Origin: an uncultured Bacilli bacterium
Lineage (GTDB): Bacteria > Bacillota_I > Bacilli_A > RF39 > UBA660
NCBI GenBank assembly: GCA_934148535.1
Contig: CAKPDF010000001.1
Location: forward strand, 127,361 to 191,360
Length of the DNA stretch: 64,000 bases
Reading direction: 5' to 3'
The translations under genes were made by a program, and so were the position numbers. Below are positions 59,740 through 64,000 of this stretch, piece by piece (the first letter of the stretch is position 1; every line of letters starts with the position of its first letter). The notes below the pieces were generated by a model. That model was not told where the DNA came from and did not search any database. It was given only the letters and a program-made list of their open reading frames with translations.

Positions 59740-60642
59740 TTATGCGTTGTTGTCTGTTGCAGGTCTTCTTGTTAATCCTTGGAATGTAGCAGAAACTTCG
59801 CCACCAGCAGCTGAATTGAATGATACAACTCCATTGAAGAAATTAGTTCCTTCTGTAGAATCTGCAGCTGGATTTTGGTTTGTTCCAGTTTCAGATAACC
59901 ATACTACAAAATATAAATTTGCTTTTGAATTTGTAGCATCAGTATTTGGTTCAAGTCTTTGGTTGAACACTAATGCTGAATTTAAATCTCCAGTTCTTGT
60001 ATAAGAACCATCAGTATGTCCACTCTTTCTCATGTAGTTAATATTGATAAAATCATATTGGTTTCCTGAATATGAGTATTTAGCAGTAGTTCCTGTAGAA
60101 TTTAAATCAACATCGCTTGTTCCTGAAGTTGTAATTGCTGTAAATGGATCAATTCCAGTTGCTCCATTTGCTAATGCTGGAGTTCCTGTTAAAGTGAAAG
60201 CTGTTTCATCTGTAGTAAATACTTGAGCCCATCTCATTGTTGTTTCAGTTTGAGCAGCAGTAGCAGCAAGTCCTCCGGTTAAATTAACATATCCATCAAG
60301 GAATAGACCAGCAGAACCATTATTTGCTAATTCTACTTTGTAGATTTGACATACAGCAGCACCAGTGTCATCAACACATGCTCCTTTTGCACTAGTTACA
60401 GCAGCATTTAACATACCATCAGTCATTGGTATCATACCACCTTTAGTTTCATCAACTGTAGTTACTTTAGTAACTTTTAAATCGAAACTAACTGAAGCAG
60501 CATTACCAGTGATTACATTTTCACCAGCTGTTGCTGATGCAGTGAAGTATGCAAATGTTGCACCAATGATAGCAACTATTAGTGTTGCTACACCAATTAC
60601 ACCATAAAATATTCCCTTTCCGTTATTTTTTTCATTATTCAT
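59740..60642 (-). CDS. TasA/camelysin-like secreted protein paralog P4 (Thr/Ala/Gly-rich, 300 aa)
   Basis: TM + GATFAYFTASATAGENVITGNAASVSFDL; CVDDTGAAVCQIYKVELANNGS motif. Confidence 0.55.
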   Translation of the reverse strand: MNNEKNNGKGIFYGVIGVATLIVAIIGATFAYFTASATAGENVITGNAASVSFDLKVTKVTTVDETKGGMIPMTDGMLNAAVTSAKGACVDDTGAAVCQIYKVELANNGSAGLFLDGYVNLTGGLAATAAQTETTMRWAQVFTTDETAFTLTGTPALANGATGIDPFTAITTSGTSDVDLNSTGTTAKYSYSGNQYDFININYMRKSGHTDGSYTRTGDLNSALVFNQRLEPNTDATNSKANLYFVVWLSETGTNQNPAADSTEGTNFFNGVVSFNSAAGGEVSATFQGLTRRPATDNNA

Positions 60643-60717
60643 TTTTATCTATCCTCCTTACAATAATAAGTATAGCAAAATAGTCTTTAAAAAGCAAGCA
60701 CTTTTTTCTATATTTTT

Positions 60718-62619
60718 CTATATTTTTTTTAATATATTATTTTTGTATACAAAATAATCAATAGTTAATATTATTGGTACAGAAAATACTATTGGTAAAA
60801 TGTACCTAAAACTACCATTTACTGGAGATGCAAGACAAACTAACAATACTGATAATAATGGCGCTAATGGAATTAAATATTTATATTGTTTTTTTCTAAT
60901 TATATATAGAAAAGAAAAAATTAAAAACCAATCATAAAATGCTACATGATTAAAGAACCATAAAAATGGAAATGATGCTTGTATTTGATTTATTTGATGT
61001 GATATTTGTCTAGCATCTTTATATTTTTCTCTTGGAGTTATATTTATATAGGTATTTGTTCCTACTCTGGCATCTACTGCTAAGGTAGCATATCTTTCTC
61101 CTACTTCTGGAAAGAAATATCCATAAGTGCTATTAATTAACGATTCTACATATACTAATGGATATTTCTTTAAATACTTTAACCAAATTCCAAAAAAATC
61201 TTTTAATTCTTCTTTAGTTGCATCTTTGTTATAAGTATCTTTTATTGAATCTGCTAAATCAGGATTATAATTATTTTTCATAGCGTCATAGTTTAAAACT
61301 TTATTTATTATTTCTTCATCTTTAGATGATATTTTACTTGAATTATATTTCACAACTCTTGCTACTTGCATGAATGGTACTGTCAATACTTCTTTTATAC
61401 TGGCATCAGTTACATTTAATGATGGTAATAGTAATTTATCATACATTCCAAATAAAATTAAAGGTAATATTAATACTAGCAATATTTTTTTCCATTTTTT
61501 ATTATATAATATCATTAAGAATGGAAATGATAAAATTATTGTAAAAAAGCCATTATTTCTTAAAGTTAGCACTAATATCATTACAATTATTAATAATATA
61601 GTTTTTAACTTGCTTTTAAAAATACTATCATAATTTCTTACTATTTGTACTAAAAATATTACATATAGTAATGTAAATATTGCACTTGGGGTATCTTTTA
61701 TTGCGGTTATTGCATGGGCTGCTATAGTTGGAGTTAGTCCTATAAAAAATATACTAGACATTCTTATCCATAGTGGTACTTTATTTTTTTTCATATAGTG
61801 TAGCATATAACTAAATATTAATAATAATAGTCCTATTTGTAAAATCGTATATATTAGAGCACCTAAGGTAAAATTTTTAAAATGGTTACCTAGTTTAAAG
61901 ATTAACCCTAATACTACAGTGAATAATGGAGGATGATGTTTGTTTATATATACATCTTGATTAATTAAGTTCATTGTTTTTATACTCCAAGATTCATCTC
62001 TGTGAAAAAATTGACTTAAACAGTCAAATGTATCTCCAGTGGATGCGCCTGGATAATAGTTAATAACATATGGCATCCAGCATAGTAAAATGATTATTAT
62101 TGCTATTACAATTTGATATTTATTTAGTATCTTTTCTATTTTTTGTTGCCTGAGACTTTTTTTTTTGGTTTCTGGCTTTATTTTTATTGAAGTGATTTTT
62201 TTTATAATTGCATAGTATATTAAATAATAACCTATACTAAGTATTGCAAACTTTAAAACTTGAGCACCAGACTCTACAATTGTATTTAATGTATTATCTA
62301 TCCTATAACTTTTTCCTATCAAAGTTATTGCAGTTAATATTATAGATATAGCGGCATTTATAAAACTTTTACTAGTTAATTTACTATTATCAAAATAGAT
62401 ATTGTAATATGCATAATATATAAAAACAAATAGAGTTACATATGCAACGTCAAAATCTTTTAATGATAGCCATATTTCTGTTACAAACTGATATAATTTA
62501 CTTTCTTGGGCATAAAATGCCATGTTAGGCTTACTCAAAGTTACTATAAATACTAGTGTTGATAAGGTTGCAAATATTAAAGTATACATTATTTTATTTA
62601 TTTTTTCTAATTTCTTCAT
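60718..62619 (-). CDS. large polytopic membrane protein (633 aa), putative GT-C-type lipid-linked-sugar transferase (partner of the upstream GT2)
   Basis: ~12 TM segments with an interspersed soluble domain; overlaps the GT2 gene by 26 nt (translational coupling). Family assignment by architecture/context only. Confidence 0.35.
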   Translation of the reverse strand: MKKLEKINKIMYTLIFATLSTLVFIVTLSKPNMAFYAQESKLYQFVTEIWLSLKDFDVAYVTLFVFIYYAYYNIYFDNSKLTSKSFINAAISIILTAITLIGKSYRIDNTLNTIVESGAQVLKFAILSIGYYLIYYAIIKKITSIKIKPETKKKSLRQQKIEKILNKYQIVIAIIIILLCWMPYVINYYPGASTGDTFDCLSQFFHRDESWSIKTMNLINQDVYINKHHPPLFTVVLGLIFKLGNHFKNFTLGALIYTILQIGLLLLIFSYMLHYMKKNKVPLWIRMSSIFFIGLTPTIAAHAITAIKDTPSAIFTLLYVIFLVQIVRNYDSIFKSKLKTILLIIVMILVLTLRNNGFFTIILSFPFLMILYNKKWKKILLVLILPLILFGMYDKLLLPSLNVTDASIKEVLTVPFMQVARVVKYNSSKISSKDEEIINKVLNYDAMKNNYNPDLADSIKDTYNKDATKEELKDFFGIWLKYLKKYPLVYVESLINSTYGYFFPEVGERYATLAVDARVGTNTYINITPREKYKDARQISHQINQIQASFPFLWFFNHVAFYDWFLIFSFLYIIRKKQYKYLIPLAPLLSVLLVCLASPVNGSFRYILPIVFSVPIILTIDYFVYKNNILKKI

Positions 62620-63556
62620 TATTGTTCCTCCTTAATGTATTTAGGTATAATTCAAATAACTGTTTTTGTTTTTTTGCTATTACTTCTAAAATCATACCTG
62701 TTATAAATAATAAAAGCGCTATTACTAATGAAATCATTGATACTATAAGTGATGGGAATTTTGGTACTAGTCCAGTTTTAAAATATTCTATAAATACGGG
62801 CAATCCTAATATTAATGATGTTAGTAAAAAAATTATGGTACATGTATTAAAAAATAATCTAGGTCTATATTCTTTAACCAGTTCTTCAATGGTTTTTATT
62901 ACCATTATGCCATCTTTATATGTGTTTAGTTTGCTTACGCTTCCGATTGGTCTATCTTTATATTCTACGGGGATTGTTTTTATTTTAAAATTTTTATCTA
63001 TAGCATGAATAGTCATTTCTGTTTCTATTTCAAATTTCTTTGATAGTACTGGATAACTTTTTACAAATTCATAGCTAAACGCTCTATAACCAGACATTAT
63101 ATCTTCTATATTTGATTTAAATAATTTGTTTATCAGTTTTCTAACTATGATATTACCTACATTATGAAATGGTCTTTTATTTTCTTGAAAATATGTGCTT
63201 GATAGTCTGTCTCCTACTACCATATCATAATTATCATCTAACACTAACTTACACATTTTTTTTGCAGATGAAACTGGATAGGTATCATCTGCATCTACCA
63301 TTAGGTAACAATCAGCTTCTATTTCTCTAAACATAGTTCTTACAACATTTCCTTTTCCTTGTCTTATTTCTTTTTTTACTATAGCACCTTCTTTTTTCGC
63401 TATTTTACTTGAATTATCTGTAGAATTATTGTCATACACATATATTTTAGCATTTGGTAGGACTTTTTTTAAATCTTTTACTACTTTTCCGATAGTCTTC
63501 TCCTCATTATAACATGGTATTATTACCGCTACGGATTTGCTTTTCATCTTCTCCAC
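62594..63556 (-). CDS. GT2 polyprenyl-phosphate glycosyltransferase (GtrB/CsbB/DPM1-like)
   Basis: VAVIIPCYNEE, DNNSTD, DADD (DXD) motifs; two C-terminal TM helices, as in bactoprenol-P sugar synthases. Confidence 0.8.
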   Translation of the reverse strand: MEKMKSKSVAVIIPCYNEEKTIGKVVKDLKKVLPNAKIYVYDNNSTDNSSKIAKKEGAIVKKEIRQGKGNVVRTMFREIEADCYLMVDADDTYPVSSAKKMCKLVLDDNYDMVVGDRLSSTYFQENKRPFHNVGNIIVRKLINKLFKSNIEDIMSGYRAFSYEFVKSYPVLSKKFEIETEMTIHAIDKNFKIKTIPVEYKDRPIGSVSKLNTYKDGIMVIKTIEELVKEYRPRLFFNTCTIIFLLTSLILGLPVFIEYFKTGLVPKFPSLIVSMISLVIALLLFITGMILEVIAKKQKQLFELYLNTLRRNNNEEIRKNK

Positions 63557-63948
63557 CCCACTAACTTATATATTACAAATATTAACGTTGCAACTCCTAT
63601 AATATTTGATATTGTTTCTATTAAAGTATTTTTATGATATAGTTCATACTTTCCTTCTTTAATAATATCAGCTTCAAGCATTCCATACTTACTCATTGTT
63701 AGTTTTACTTTATTTCCATCTTTATCTTTCAAAATATAATCTAAATAATATATTCTTGGTATTTCTATCTTTGTTTTTTCTTTTAATTTTTTAACTTCAA
63801 ATTTTAAATTTGGAAAACTACTGCTAATTATGCTTATCTTTGTATTATTATCACTAACTATTTCCATCTTTCTTTTTTCAAGGTATGTAGTTCTAAAATA
63901 TCTTGCATTGTTTGTTTTTAATGGCAAATATTCTTGCTGATATCCCAT
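63544..63948 (-). CDS. hypothetical protein with single C-terminal TM anchor (134 aa), first gene of the GT2/GT-C cluster
   Basis: ORF overlapping the GT2 start by 13 nt; no motif recognised. Confidence 0.35.
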   Translation of the reverse strand: MGYQQEYLPLKTNNARYFRTTYLEKRKMEIVSDNNTKISIISSSFPNLKFEVKKLKEKTKIEIPRIYYLDYILKDKDGNKVKLTMSKYGMLEADIIKEGKYELYHKNTLIETISNIIGVATLIFVIYKLVGWRR

Positions 63949-64000
63949 TGCTAGTTTCGATGATAATACATAATCTTCTGTATATTCTTCGTTACTATAA

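Noticed and set aside
63949-64000. Possible 3' end of another minus-strand gene at the window edge
   Set aside because: Only ~50 nt is available and the frame cannot be established. Not annotated.
1-64000. CRISPR arrays, rRNA genes, IS elements or transposases, integrases
   Set aside because: No regularly spaced short direct repeats, no rRNA-like GC-rich structured segments, and no transposase or integrase-like ORFs were seen. The only repeats are the ~140-bp sRNA duplication and protein-level paralogy (the capA pair and the four TasA-like genes).

Overview
The window is a very AT-rich chromosomal segment that reads in the standard genetic code (long ORFs are uninterrupted, so TGA is a stop). 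It comes from an endospore-forming, low-GC Firmicute: gerE, spoIIGA-sigE, a GerM-like gene and a ylbJ/sepM pair are all present. About 60% of the window is minus-strand housekeeping. This includes a complete S10-spc-alpha ribosomal protein cluster (rpsJ to rplQ, 2.7-16.2 kb) that notably lacks rpmD and map. Other housekeeping genes are alaS with two co-transcribed P-loop nucleotide kinases, recX, nrdG/nrdD, rluB-like, leuS, a GH31 hydrolase, trmB-scpB-scpA, spoIIGA-sigE, a GyrB/ParE-type topoisomerase subunit, secG-rnr-(capA x2)-smpB, and tRNA-Leu(CAA), tRNA-Ala(UGC) and tRNA-Pro(UGG). Four things stand out. (1) At 49.4-50.0 kb, a duplicated ~105-nt promoter-to-terminator small-RNA gene flanks a 30-aa hydrophobic peptide ORF whose SD is sequestered in a hairpin; this has type I toxin-antitoxin-like architecture. 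(2) At 57.2-63.9 kb, four paralogous TasA/camelysin-like proteins with a SipW-cognate-type signal lie directly downstream of a GT2 polyprenyl-phosphate glycosyltransferase and a 633-aa polytopic GT-C-like membrane protein, suggesting a glycosylated fibre or surface-protein locus. (3) The class III RNR gene nrdD has its C-terminal glycyl-radical module encoded as a separate 57-aa ORF with its own SD. (4) There are accessory remnants: a frame-disrupted Fic gene with a degenerate active-site motif, a Bro-N/DinD-like gene, and a signal-less GH25 lysozyme beside tRNA-Leu. No CRISPR array, rRNA or obvious transposase was found.
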